62,916 nt of DNA, filler included, from Octopus bimaculoides (GCF_001194135.2; 7 parts of 7 records of this genome joined end to end with filler, not necessarily neighbours in it), one strand, 5' to 3'; positions 37,036-49,727 are shown, numbered from the whole stretch's first letter. Notes: generated from the letters alone by a model not told the origin. Made by a program: numbers and translations.

Positions 37036-39305
37036 TGTATATCTAACTATATGTATGTATGTACGTATGAATGTATGTATGTATATACGTGAATGCATAT
37101 ATACACTGCAGGCACATCGCACAATACTTAGATACGCTCTACGCAGTAATAACAATAATAATAATAATAATAACAACCACAAAGTTAATAATAACTCTGC
37201 AGCAAGAGTAATATCTACACAACAAACACACACACAGTGTATATATGTAGATATATATATATATATATATATATAAATGTAAAATGTAATAATACATTAT
37301 ATATGCCTATAAATGTATGTGTGAGTGTGTGTATTGAATGCCTCGGCAATAATGGAAGCAGTAATATCATCATCATCATCATCATGATGGACGACAGGGA
37401 CAGCAAGAAGAACAATCTTAAATATCAGCCGTAACAATGGCATCAATAAGATGAGAAGCGAGGTGATTGAGTACAGATAAGTCGATGCTGCTGCCGCCAA
37501 GCGGAGGCAGTGCGTTCAACTGGCCTATATGTACGGTAACACAGTTGAGTAGGAATTGAAACACAGGGGTAGAATGGGCGGCGGGTGGCGGGGTGGGCGG
37601 TCACGGTCATGGAAGAGGTTGCGGGTAGGGGTGGTTGCTGGTGGTTATGGTGGTGGTGGTGGTGGTGGTGGTGNNNNNNNNNNNNNNNNNNNNNNNNNNN
37701 NNNNNNNNNNNNNNNNNNNNNNNNNNNNNNNNNNNNNNNNNNNNNNNNNNNNNNNNNNNNNNNNNNNNNNNNNNNNNNNNNNNNNNNNNNNNNNNNNNNN
37801 NNNNNNNNNNNNNNNNNNNNNNNNNNNNNNNNNNNNNNNNNNNNNNNNNNNNNNNNNNNNNNNNNNNNNNNNNNNNNNNNNNNNNNNNNNNNNNNNNNNN
37901 NNNNNNNNNNNNNNNNNNNNNNNNNNNNNNNNNNNNNNNNNNNNNNNNNNNNNNNNNNNNNNNNNNNNNNNNNNNNNNNNNNNNNNNNNNNNNNNNNNNN
38001 NNNNNNNNNNNNNNNNNNNNNNNNNNNNNNNNNNNNNNNNNNNNNNNNNNNNNNNNNNNNNNNNNNNNNNNNNNNNNNNNNNNNNNNNNNNNNNNNNNNN
38101 NNNNNNNNNNNNNNNNNNNNNNNNNNNNNNNNNNNNNNNNNNNNNNNNNNNNNNNNNNNNNNNNNNNNNNNNNNNNNNNNNNNNNNNNNNNNNNNNNNNN
38201 NNNNNNNNNNNNNNNNNNNNNNNNNNNNNNNNNNNNNNNNNNNNNNNNNNNNNNNNNNNNNNNNNNNNNNNNNNNNNNNNNNNNNNNNNNNNNNNNNNNN
38301 NNNNNNNNNNNNNNNNNNNNNNNNNNNNNNNNNNNNNNNNNNNNNNNNNNNNNNGAAACGGTAACCCACCACCGCTATCGCCACCACCAACCAAACCATT
38401 CAACATTACCGTTATTATCATGAACACATTCCTCACCACCATCATCATCATCATCATCATAACGGCAATAACAACACTACTAGCGCCACCACGTCACCAC
38501 GCCACCACGCCGCCGCCACCATGACGCTGTGATTCGCTCGACCTGCTTGAAATAACAGCTAAATCTACCTCAAATCGTACCTTGCCTTCTTGAGAAAAGA
38601 AACCGATTAGATAATGGGATCCTAAATACAAAAGTTGCATCTGAGGTAGGATGGGATGGTCATGGCTGGAATCAAGTCGTTGCCTACGGGATCAGGGATA
38701 ACCTGGGGCTGAGCAATAAAGACAGCAACAACAACAACAGTAACCATAATACTATCGTTAGCATCACCATCATCATCATCATCATCATCATCGTCGTTGT
38801 CGTCGTCAGCATCACTAAGATCGTCATCATTTCTGAACGTTAGCAACACTACCACTGCAATCATCTACACCACCGCCACCACAATGACGACCACTTCCGT
38901 CGCCATGACCACCACCACTGTCACTAACGTGATCGTAGCAATCACCACCACCACCACCACTACCATCACGAACAACCAGCAATGTGGCCCCTGCCACAGT
39001 CGACGTTCCTTTCTTTGCCTCTGTTTCACCGATTGCCCGTAACCGTGCTGTCACCATCACCACCACCAGCACCACCACCAGCACCATCATCAGCATCCAT
39101 CGCCACCCGTCACCGCCCATCGCCGCCTGTCACCGCCCGTCCATCAGGAACGCCATTTTTATTTCCCATACTTCACCGCTGCACCAACGCCGTCATGCAC
39201 GAATCGTGTTCAAATGACTCAACGTTTCGACCGTGAAAACTATAACAAGGTTGCAAGGAATGTTGTTGTTGCTGTTGTTGTTGTTGTTGTTGTTGTTGTT
39301 ACTGT
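35350..39305. repeat. Gapped cluster of trinucleotide arrays (ACA, ATA, GGT, CAC, CAT, GTT)
   Basis: Direct inspection; source of many spurious homopolymeric ORFs. Confidence 0.9.
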
Positions 39306-40064
39306 TGTGTTGTTTTCTTTAGATCAGATGGGAATATATCATAGCGGTAGGTTAGAGGTTTGGGTGCGAGTTTTTTCCACAGAAAGAATATGGATGTACA
39401 AACATACATCCGTCCGTACACACACACGAAGGTACATACGTGTGTGTGTGTGTGTGTGTTTCTATTGTATGTGCTTATGTCTTCCAGTGTATATGCGCAT
39501 ATATTCAAAACGTGTAATTGCGTGCATATGCTTCTTTAAACTTACCACACCGTCCCATCCCACTCCTAAACAGACATATACACATGTGTGTGTGGGTGTC
39601 TATATAAACATATATATGAATATTTATGTATGTATACACACGCATATATATATATGCATATATACATAAAAACATAATAATACACATATATATACGTATG
39701 TATTTGTGTATATATATATATATATATNNNNNNNNNNNNNNNNNNNNNNNNNNNNNNNNNNNNNNNNNNNNNNNNNNNNNNNNNNNNNNNNNNNNNNNNN
39801 NNNNNNNNNNNNNNNNNNNNNNNNNNNNNNNNNNNNNNNNNNNNNNNNNNNNNNNNNNNNNNNNNNNNNNNNNNNNNNNNNNNNNNNNNNNNNNNNNNNN
39901 NNNNNNNNNNNNNNNNNNNNNNNNNNNNNNNNNNNNNNNNNNNNNNNNNNNNNNNNNNNNNNNNNNNNNNNNNNNNNNNNNNNNNNNNNNNNNNNNNNNN
40001 NNNNNNNNNNNNNNNNNNNNNNNNNNNNNNNNNNNNNNNNNNNNNNNNNNNNNNNNNNNNNNNN

Positions 40065-40123
<59 letters not shown>

Positions 40124-41138
40124 TTATATGTATATATATATTTATATGTGTATATATATTTATATGTATATATATATATGTAATGCATCGACACATACAC
40201 GCAGATATAGGCAAATATGGTTATTTTAAATATTCGAGATGGATATGGTATATAATATATAAGCAAACACACACATACACAACACGCCTCCAAACAAACA
40301 CACTCATACGTATATATATATATATATATATATATGTTTGTTTATTTATTGAGATGTTGTTGGTGATTCATTCATTGCTATTCCCAGTTTCAGATAACGC
40401 ACAATCTCCATTTGATCGGTCAAACAATATTACGACTTTCACTTATACAAGACCATTAGCGCTAATTTTTTTATGATAGCCCACTTCCAAGAAGACATAA
40501 CACATTTAAATGCAGGCAAACACTGCTCTTTCAGAAAGCCAAACGAAGACATCGTATGCATCCATAATAATTTTAACCACTCCCCACCCATAATTAGAAA
40601 ATTTGAAGCTGAAATACGTAGAAGAGTCTCTGATCTGTCTTCGGAGAGACATTTTTGACATACTGACTGTCCTACAACGATTAACTTCGCTGCAAACGAC
40701 TTGGATAGAAGTTAGTATACACGGAGAATTCCCTACCCACCCATATCAGCAAGGAAAGGGAGGCCAAGTATGTATATGAACGTAGCGAAGAGCGTTCTAG
40801 CTCTAGTAAGACACCACCGATTTACAAATATATTAATCTTTTAATACACACAATGTTAAGGTCAGTTATTCCCGCCAAGATAACATAGTTAAGTTTCTCA
40901 GATTACACACAACGAAAGAAACTACACACCTACTATGATTATTTTCAAAGGTCGTTACTACTAGCATCTTCATTTATTTACGTCATCTCATAGGGAAAAT
41001 TCCCCCAGCTCTGTCCCAAACCAATGTTTTTCCAAAATTATCGGGAATTTGAGGTACGTTAAGCAGGAACTGTTATTACTTGTTTAAATAGAATCGAAAC
41101 GGACAAAGACCGACAGATGAAAGGGGAAAAGACATGCC

Positions 41139-41189
<51 letters not shown>

Positions 41190-41439
41190 TGGGTGTGTGT
41201 GTGTTTATTTGTATAACTGAGCGTGTGTGATTATAGACACACACACACCACTAGTCTAGTGAACGTAGCCATGTCATACATCCCAAATTCGTCGGTTTAA
41301 CACTAGCCCAAGGACCATTATTGTCGGAGATACCCAACGCACACACATACACACGCATGCAAACACCAATACACACACAGACACACACACACACATGCAA
41401 ACATTCTTCATCATGCTAAGCGCAACAATTTATTGTATA

Positions 41440-41483
<44 letters not shown>

Positions 41484-43281
41484 GCGCGCACACACCTATC
41501 CACTACAACCACAGAACTAGCCATGCCCTCCACTTCAGACGCATCATAACAACGCTGTCACAGCCCAATGAACAAAGCAGCAAACACCTTTGTAAATTTG
41601 GAAAAGGGGAAATAGAGAGAGGGAGGAAGAACTCAGTGGAACCATTTCCATCATGAAAAATCATCTAAGTCGGCAGTAAATGATGGAACAACATCAACAG
41701 CAACAACAACAACAACGCTACCACCATCAATGCAACAACATCAACAACAATGTAATTCCTAGTATAAACGCAACAGTATATATACACACATAGACACACA
41801 CATATACGATGAAACAATTGTAAACGCATCCTTCCAAAAATAAATAAATAAATAGATAAAAAAAAACAGCCCATCCAATAAGAAGATAATATAAATACAT
41901 CCCTAATTGCAAAACGGAACAAACAAACCTGATCAAAACTAGGACCAACCTCCAAACACAAATAATATCAACAACAGACAGAACAGAGATAAAACTCAGC
42001 ATGAAACAACTTTAAAATAAACAGTGAAACAATAAAGAAAATAAAACATGGAGAATGCAAAAACTGGCAATCATTTGTGGTTAATATAAAGCGTGAAATA
42101 ATTAAAGGAAACAACATATAAAGCAATTAGCAGCAGCAGTAGCATCAACAACTACGGCCCCATAATACGGCGTATCACAACCATCATCGTCATCAGCATC
42201 GTTAGACCTCATTTACTGTCAGCAGATTCAGTATCAAGGATTTTCATTCGGGTCTTTCCTATGCCATTCTCTCGCATTCGATATTTTAATCCAGTCGCTG
42301 TTAATAAACCAGTTCTAAGTCTTCATCTCGACTCTTTATCGATTTCCTAGAAAAAAGTTTTTATATAACTTCTGCTCCTCTTCCTACGATATTCTTTCGG
42401 TTTGAGACTACAAAATGGATGTGAAAAGTTATCGTAAGCAATCAACATTAAAGGATTGAAATTTTGCTAAAATAGAAAATTTTTGGTTTTTTTGTTTCGG
42501 AATCGTAATCTCTATATCTTTGGCACCACCCAACCGGAAGCCTGAACCGAAGGCTCGTCACAAAGAGAATTCCGTTGAAGAGGAATCGAGTATTAAAAAA
42601 AAAGGAAAAAGAAAAAGTGAAAAATAGAATATGATAGGAAAGTTGGGGTTAATTCAAAATTTGAAGATCTTTCGGAGGTTGGAGGGCAAAATCGCAATCT
42701 CCGTTGTTGGAGTCAGAGAAATGCGAAGAAATCTTAAACAAAATGGCGCGGAGTGTTGCAATGGATATGTCCACCTGGACATTAACGGATTCTGCCAATA
42801 TTAATAAATACTTTCTTTTTTAATGCTCATAAGCCGAAAGAATGCTTATGTAATAATTATCAAGAAAAAAAGGAAGGAAAAGAATTTCCGGGAAAACGCT
42901 CGGTCATTTACGTAAAGAAAGAAACGGGGAGCAAAAACAAACAAACAAACAAAAGGAAAAAAGTATTTCTCTCGCAGAATTTTCAAAAACTCCATTCAAT
43001 CATCCATGTTCCTTCACTTTTTACTTTTCTTTAATTCCAATTCAAAAATATTCCACCTAATTAAGGCAGGGACAAATCGCTACATGTGTATGTATGTATG
43101 TGTGTGTGTGTGCGCTTGTTTGTGTATGCTTGTATGTGTGTGTGTGGGCGTGCGTGTGTCTGAAACACAATGAAATATTGCTTAGTTGTCGGCCATATAA
43201 ATTTGAACCACATTATATAATCATTCGCCATGGTTGATCGCTAGCCACTAAACCTTCCTCTCCCTGTTTCTCTCTCTGTTC

Positions 43282-43317
43282 CTTTCTGTTGAAGAGCGTA
43301 GGCTCGAAACGTAAAAG
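43282..43317 (+). ncRNA. Degenerate minimal hammerhead motif
   Basis: CTTT-CTGTTGA-A-GAGC-GTAG-GCTC-GAA-AC-GT-A-AAAG; A6U core change. Confidence 0.55.
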
Positions 43318-43650
43318 ACTTTCTCACTTCCCGAGCGTTAACTAATACATCTGTTGTTTACACACCCGTCTTCGTCTTTTGTTGCTTTTTTTTTTTTTGT
43401 AAATTCCAACTACATGCATACATCCATCAATCCACCCGTCCATCCATCCATCCACACATACGTACATACATAATATTATTTTATAAGCTTAAAGCTTATA
43501 AGCAATCACTGTGCATTGACTATGGTAAATCGCCTAATACCGGGGCTTAANNNNNNNNNNNNNNNNNNNNNNNNNNNNNNNNNNNNNNNNNNNNTTAATT
43601 AATTAANNNNNNNNNNNNNNNNNNNNNNNNNNNNNNNNNNNNNNNNNNNN

Positions 43651-43930
43651 CGTGTACCCTTAACGTAGTTCTCGGGGGGGATATTCAGCGTGACACAGTG
43701 TGACAAGGCTGACCCTTTGAATTACAAGCACAACAGAAACAGGAAGTAAGAGTGAGAGAAAGTTGTGGTGAAAGAGTACAGCAGAGTTCGCCACCATCCC
43801 CTGCCGGAGCCTCGTGGAACTTTAGGTGTTTTCGCTCAATAAACACTCACAACGCCCGGTCTGGGAATCGAAACCACGATCCTATGACCGCGAGTCCGCT
43901 GCCTTAACCACTGGGCCATTGCGCCTCCAC
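43651..43930 (-). mobile_element. tRNA-derived SINE (family C subfamily) overlapping the ZNF-A stop codon; cut by gap
   Basis: Reverse complement of the 49353 copy starting GTGGAGGCGCAATGGCCCAGTGG. Confidence 0.9.
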
Positions 43931-45024
43931 TCTGTGTGACTGTATTCGTGTCCTGTCAATTGGTATTTATATAAGAATGATTCACCACAGGTATTGCAAT
44001 GATATGGCTTCTCTCCTGTATGAATCCGTCTGTGTACATGTAAGTTACCTTTTTGAGAGAATGATTTTCCACAGACATCACAGTGATATGTGTGCTCAAC
44101 TGTATGATCTGATTTCTGAAATTTTAAACTTTCCAAAGAGAATGGTTTATCACAGATATCGCAATGAAATGGCTTCTCTTCTGTATGGATATCTTTGTGT
44201 TTTATCAAATCACCTGCTTGAAAAAATGATTTCTGACAGATATCACACTGGTATGGCTTCTCTCCTGTATGAATGTATTGATGAATTTGGAAACGACGTT
44301 TCTGAGAAAAGGATTTACCACAAATATCACACTGGTATGGTTTCTTTCTTGAATGAATACATCTGTGTCTAATTAATAGGCTAGAATCAGAGAATGATTT
44401 ACCACAGATGCCGCAACAATGATATGATTTTTCTGTGGGAATACACTGGTGTTCAGTTAAAAGGCCAATTTCAAAGAATAATTTACCACAGATACCACAA
44501 CCGTATGGCTTCCCTTTTGTATGAATCTGTTTGTGATTTCTTAAATGATAACTTTGAGAGAATGATACACCGCATACTTCACAGAGATATGGCTTCTCTC
44601 CTGTATGAATACGCTTATGAGATCTCAAGTGATGCTTCTGAGAGAATGATGCATGACAGATGTTACAGCGATATGGCTTCTCCCCTTTATGAATACGTCT
44701 ATGTTTAGTCAGTTGGCCACCTTTGGGGAATGATTTACCACAGATATCGCAACAAAATCGTTTGTGCCTAGCTAAGGCATTTTTTATAGAGAATGACTTA
44801 CCACATGCATCACAATGATATGGCTTCTCTCCTGAATGAATTTGGTTGTGAGCAAGTAAGTCATCTTCCTGAGCGAACGACATGCCACAGATTTCACAGC
44901 GAAATGCTTTCTGTGGTTCATGAAGAAGTTTATGGATAGTTAACTCCCCTTTTTCAGAGAATACTTTATTACAAATGTCACACAGAAATGGTGAATCTCT
45001 TATCGCTTTCAGCATCTCTTCCAT
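43882..45024 (-). CDS. C2H2 zinc-finger protein ZNF-A, 380 aa, 13 finger units (3 atypical), no effector domain visible
   Basis: Uninterrupted ORF of C-x2-C-x12-H-x3-H units with TGEKPY-type linkers. Confidence 0.92.
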   Translation of the reverse strand: MEEMLKAIRDSPFLCDICNKVFSEKGELTIHKLLHEPQKAFRCEICGMSFAQEDDLLAHNQIHSGEKPYHCDACGKSFSIKNALARHKRFCCDICGKSFPKGGQLTKHRRIHKGEKPYRCNICHASFSQKHHLRSHKRIHTGEKPYLCEVCGVSFSQSYHLRNHKQIHTKGKPYGCGICGKLFFEIGLLTEHQCIPTEKSYHCCGICGKSFSDSSLLIRHRCIHSRKKPYQCDICGKSFSQKRRFQIHQYIHTGEKPYQCDICQKSFFQAGDLIKHKDIHTEEKPFHCDICDKPFSLESLKFQKSDHTVEHTYHCDVCGKSFSQKGNLHVHRRIHTGEKPYHCNTCGESFLYKYQLTGHEYSHTEWRRNGPVVKAADSRS

Positions 45025-45186
45025 TAAAATTTACCCTTTTTTTTTTTTAAGACCTTCACATTAATTTCTCATCACGATATACACATAGTTTTCTTGTTTT
45101 TGTTTTAATATTATATTTGTTATATTATTATATCTTCCAGTTATGCTTTTCCATCAACTGCAACCTTCACTAATATCTAAAGAAGC

Positions 45187-45501
45187 GAAGTGAAGGTGCT
45201 TTTCTTAGATTGAGTATTTGGTTCATGGTCATAAAGGTCATGAGTTCGATTCCTGGCAGTGTATTGTGTCCTCGAACGAACAAGACATTTTAATTCACAT
45301 TGCTCCAGTCCACTCAGCTGGCAAAAATGTAATTCAAAGGGTCAGCCTTGTCACATTCTGTGTTACACTAAATCTCCCTGAGAATTACATTAAGGATACA
45401 CGTGTCTGTGGAGTGCTCAGCCACTTGCACGTTAATTTCAGTAGCAAGCTGTTCTATTGAATGGATCAATTGGAACCTTCATCAACATAACAGCCTGAGT
45501 G

Positions 45502-45535
<34 letters not shown>
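45187..45535 (+). mobile_element. SINE family C within the ZNF-A upstream leader
   Basis: Same body as 998-1324; flanked by an imperfect 9-bp duplication TCTAAAGAA / TCTGAAGAA. Confidence 0.8.
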
Positions 45536-46151
45536 TCTGAAGAACTGCCGACTTCCTTTGTAAATTTCTTTGAATTTAATTATTATAGAAATTCATCTTG
45601 GTCACAGTCCAGTCAGTGAAACAGAGAAATGTAGCTGTTCACATCAGTTCATATGAGATATTCCACAATAATTCACCATAGATTCATAGAAACAATATTA
45701 CATCTGGTTTGTACAGCATGTTCCTTTAGTCTTTAAAAGACAATTCAGCATATCTTCACTTAAAATTAACCTTTTATAAGTCCTTCACATTAATTAATTT
45801 TCCTTTATCTCTTCTTCTTCCACCAGAATATACACATAGATTTCTTGTTTTTTGTTCTTATATTTGTTACATATTTCCTACTGTTACGTCTTCCATCAAC
45901 TGCAATCTTCACTGATATCTGAAGAAGCAGCAAATTACTTTGTAAATTTATTCAAATTTATATCCAAATTCATGTTGCACACAATCCAAACAGTGAAGTA
46001 AAGAAATGTCGCTGTTCACCTCTGTAATTCCCCATAGAGTTATAGAAACAGTATTACTTCTGGTTTGTATAGCATGTTCCTTTAGTCTTTAAAAGCCAAT
46101 TCAATATTGATGAAGGGCCTGATGGGGAAATGATCATTACACCAATGTCAC

Positions 46152-46190
46152 CTGATATTCTGAAATAAACGAGAAACAACAGGGTAAGAT
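46152..46190 (-). promoter_or_regulatory. Predicted 3' splice site of the ZNF-A coding exon (AG at 46161-46160)
   Basis: Minus strand CCCTGTTGTTTCTCGTTTATTTCAG|AATATCAG; the same TATTTCAG|AATATCAG precedes ZNF-B. Confidence 0.6.
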
Positions 46191-46874
46191 ATAGAAGATT
46201 CTTAAACAGCAGAGGCACAACAGTGGACATTTTATACTTTTATATAACAATAAAATAGACACAGAAATGGTTATGTGGTTAAGAAGTTCACTTCCTGGTC
46301 ACGTGGTTTCAGGTTCAGTCCCACTGCGTGGCACCTTGGGCAAGTGACTCCTACATTAACCTCAAGACAACCAGAATCTTGAGAGTGGATTTGGTAGACC
46401 AAAACTGAAAGCAGCTTGTTCTGCCCTAGTCATGTAAAAGTACCCATGTGGTACACCTGTGCAGTGTCATGTAAAAGTACTTGAGCAGTGCCATATATAA
46501 AGTGCCTATGTATAAAGTGCTTATGTATAAAGTGCCTATGTATAAAGTATCCTAAAAAGGTAGACTGTATGACGCATGTGTGTGAACAGCCATGCTACTT
46601 GGCAGTGAAGCGTGGGCCATGACTGCTGAAGACATGCATAAGCTTGCAAGAAATGAAGCTAGTATGCTCCGCTGGATGTGTAATGTCAGTGTGCATACAT
46701 GACAGAGTGTAAGTGCCTTGAGAGAAAAGTTGGACATAAGAGGCTATAGTAGAAGACACTTGCCCAAGGTGCCACGCAGTGGGACTGAACCCAGAACCAT
46801 GTGGTTGGTACATCATTCCATTAAATAATTATAGCGAGAAAAATATGGAAAAAAAATCAATACATGTCAGGGTG

Positions 46875-47178
46875 ACAAGCCTTGTGAGTGGATTTGGTAG
46901 ACGGAAACTGAAAGAAGCCTGTCGTATATATGTATATATATGTATGTATGTATGTGTGTGTATATGTTTGTGTGTCTGTGTTTGTCCCCCCAACATCGCT
47001 TGACAACCGATGCTGGTGTGTTTACGTCCCCGTAACTTAGCGGTTCGGCAAAAGAGACCGATAGAATAAGTACTAGGCTTACAAAGAATAAGTCCTGGGG
47101 TCGATTTGCTCGACTAAAGGCGGTGCTCCAGCATGGCCGCAGTCAAATGACTGAAACAAGTAAAAGAGTAAAGAGAGT
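46875..47178 (+). mobile_element. SINE family A, 5'-truncated, near-consensus
   Basis: Matches 20380-20690 closely and retains CpGs. Confidence 0.85.
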
Positions 47179-47627
47179 ATGCCCCCCAAGGGTGGTCCAC
47201 TGCTGGGATTTAAGCAATAAAGTCAGACTGTCCGTAGTTTAAACTCTGATTTTTAAAAAACTTTGAAAAACAGTAGNNNNNNNNNNNNNNNNNNNNNNNN
47301 NNNNNNNNNNNNNNNNNNNNNNNNNNNNNNNNNNNNNNNNNNNNNNNNNNNNNNNNNNNNNNNNNNNNNNNNNNNNNNNNNNNNNNNNNNNNNNNNNNNN
47401 NNNNNNNNNNTTTTTGTTTGTTTTGTTTGTTTGTTTGTTTTTGATGTGGGATGTCTTGAAAGTACGAGTAGGGGGGAGAAAAGGGGCGGCGTCATTTTGT
47501 AGGGCGTTGTACCAAAAAAAAAAAAAAGTGAGTGAGATATTCTGAAAGTGCGCCGAATCCTTAATTACCCACTGATGAATAAATAAATTAATTTTTAATT
47601 TTTTTTTAAATTAAAAAAAAATCTTAC

Positions 47628-48227
47628 TCGTATTTCTCTATAAATTTCTCGTCTCTATTTATTACCGCCAATGTTTCTCTAATTACGTTAACTCTTATTT
47701 CCTGGTTTAACTTGGTTCAAACGCAACTGAGATTTCACAATAGATATTAAAAACCTGACTGGGTGTAAACGAAACGTAGAAACAATCCGGTAGTTGTCAC
47801 TCGGGTTTCCCCAACTCTATTTTTATTTACTTTTAGATTTCCTTTTGAGAAAGAAGTTTAAAATATGAATGAATTTTATTTGTTCTTCAAAGAAAATCAG
47901 AAAAAGTTCATGTGTGAGAACACCAAATTGTATTGTACTTTCCGACATTGTACTAAGTCAATCAGATATAGAAGATATTAAAAAAAATTTACACAACTCC
48001 AAGTATAAAAACATTGTTTGTTTTTATACTTAAGATAATTTCTTTTAAAAAATAATACTCTCACACACCACATCATGCAGCTTACGATGTACGGAGACAA
48101 AATTGCATTCCGCTTGTTGTATTTCCGAGTCGACATTTCTAGATTTCTATTGTCAATTTCTGACCTGGTTGGATGGGCTAGTGTAATTAATACGGCAAAT
48201 TTAATACAATTTGGGCAGTAATAACAG
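47628..48227. promoter_or_regulatory. Candidate bidirectional promoter and non-coding first exons of the ZNF pair
   Basis: Repeat-free stretch bounded by outward-facing donor-like sites: CGA|GTAAGA on minus (GT 47627-47626) and CAG|GTAAGC on plus (GT 48228-48229). Confidence 0.35.
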
Positions 48228-48779
48228 GTAAGCTATATAATCTATATCATTTTGTAAAAGTAAGGTGAACGTCGGCAATTGTAAACCTATTGATGTTGCT
48301 GATCAAAGATCGATATTAATTGTGTTGTCCTGCACTGATTGTCTGAAGTTAGTAATTAAACAGATTTAATTAATTACGAAGCAAATCAACAATATATTTA
48401 TTACTCTAGATCATTCTCTGAATTACCATCCATGATTGTATAGGAATCTCTTAATGAACATACAATAGTAGAATAATAAACATTTCCCATTGTTACACCA
48501 TCAAAGCATATTAATTATTATTTAATTATTTGGATATTAATTAATATAGTCCAGGTGTCGTCGAAAATCTTGGCTCCCTCGTCACATACCCCGCTCTTTG
48601 ACATTCCTTATATGCCTAACAGTAGTGAATTATAATTAATACAACAGGTACACGTGAAAATAGATATTTAGAAAAGATATTTAAAATAAAACTACACACA
48701 ATAATATTATTACAATCGTTAGAATATGGTAGTAATCTTGTAGAATAGAGTCAGAAATTATCTTGAGGGTCCGGCCTTG

Positions 48780-49132
48780 AAGAATTTTTAGCCGAATGAA
48801 TCGACCTCTGTACTTTTTCTTTCTTTTTTTCTTTCGGCTGGTACTTATACTATCGTTTTCTTTTGCCGAACCGTTAAGTTACGGGGATGTAAACACACCA
48901 TCTCCACTTGTCAAGTGGTGGTGGGGAACAAACATAGACAAGAACACACACACGTAGATAGATAGATAGAAACACGCCGGACTTCTTTCAGTTTCTGTCG
49001 ATCAAATGCATTTACAAGGCTTGATGTTGACCTGGGGCGAAAATAGAAGACATTTACTAAAGGTGCCGTACGGCGAGACTAAACCTGGAACCATGTGATT
49101 GGGAAGCAAACTTCTTACAACACAGCCACTCC
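48780..49132 (-). mobile_element. SINE family A, diverged
   Basis: Reverse-complement match to family A head and 3' module. Confidence 0.7.
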
Positions 49133-49352
49133 TCCAAAATCCTTAATTTCTTCAGATTTGGGCGGAATTCTGCTCTAAGTATGCCTTGTAACCCCTTATA
49201 ACTTTTTTTTTTTTTGTTTGGAATTTTCAGAAAATTTTTCCGAATTTGTGTGCTACACACAGGAACTGTGACTTTAACAAAACTTAGAAAAACTTTAATT
49301 TTTTTTTTCTTTGAATGTCGAAAAAAAATTTTCATAATGTTCTCATAGTCCT

Positions 49353-49727
49353 GTGGAGGCGCAATGGCCCAGTGGTTAGGGCAGCGGACTAGCGGTCATA
49401 GGATCGCGGTTTCGATTCCCCGACCGGGCGTTTTGAGTGTTTATTGAGCGAAAACACCTAAAGCTCCACGAGGCTCTGGCAAGGGATGGTGGCGAACCCT
49501 GCTGTACTCTTTCACCACAACTTTCTCTCACTCTTACTTCCTGTTTCTGTTGTGCCTGTAATTCAAAGAGTCAGCCTTGTCACACTGAATATACCCCGAG
49601 AACTACGTTAAGAGTACACGTGTCTGTGGAGTGCTCAGCCACTTGCATATTAATTTCACGAGCAGGCTGTTCCGTTGATCGGATCAACTGGAACCCTCGA
49701 TGTCGTAAGCGACGGAGTGCCAACAAT
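49353..49727 (+). mobile_element. tRNA-derived SINE (family C subfamily), full length
   Basis: A-box TGGCCCAGTGG, B-box GGTTTCGATTCC, body shared with 43651-43930 and 998-1324. Confidence 0.9.

Noticed and set aside
35329-39300. Poly-His/Pro/Thr/Gly/Val ORFs, and the poly-Glu/Gln ORF at 62683-62904
   Set aside because: Trinucleotide arrays, many inflated by spanning N gaps; no domain or splice support
42400-43050. CpG-containing stretch with CCGGAAG and AAAATGGCG motifs
   Set aside because: Short motifs only; no exon or ORF could be tied to it
43977-44708. Two plus-strand ORFs antisense to ZNF-A with an 84-nt periodic pattern
   Set aside because: Shadow frames produced by C2H2 codon periodicity
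49353-49430. tRNA-like head with good A and B boxes
   Set aside because: Continues into a multi-copy SINE body, so not called as a tRNA gene
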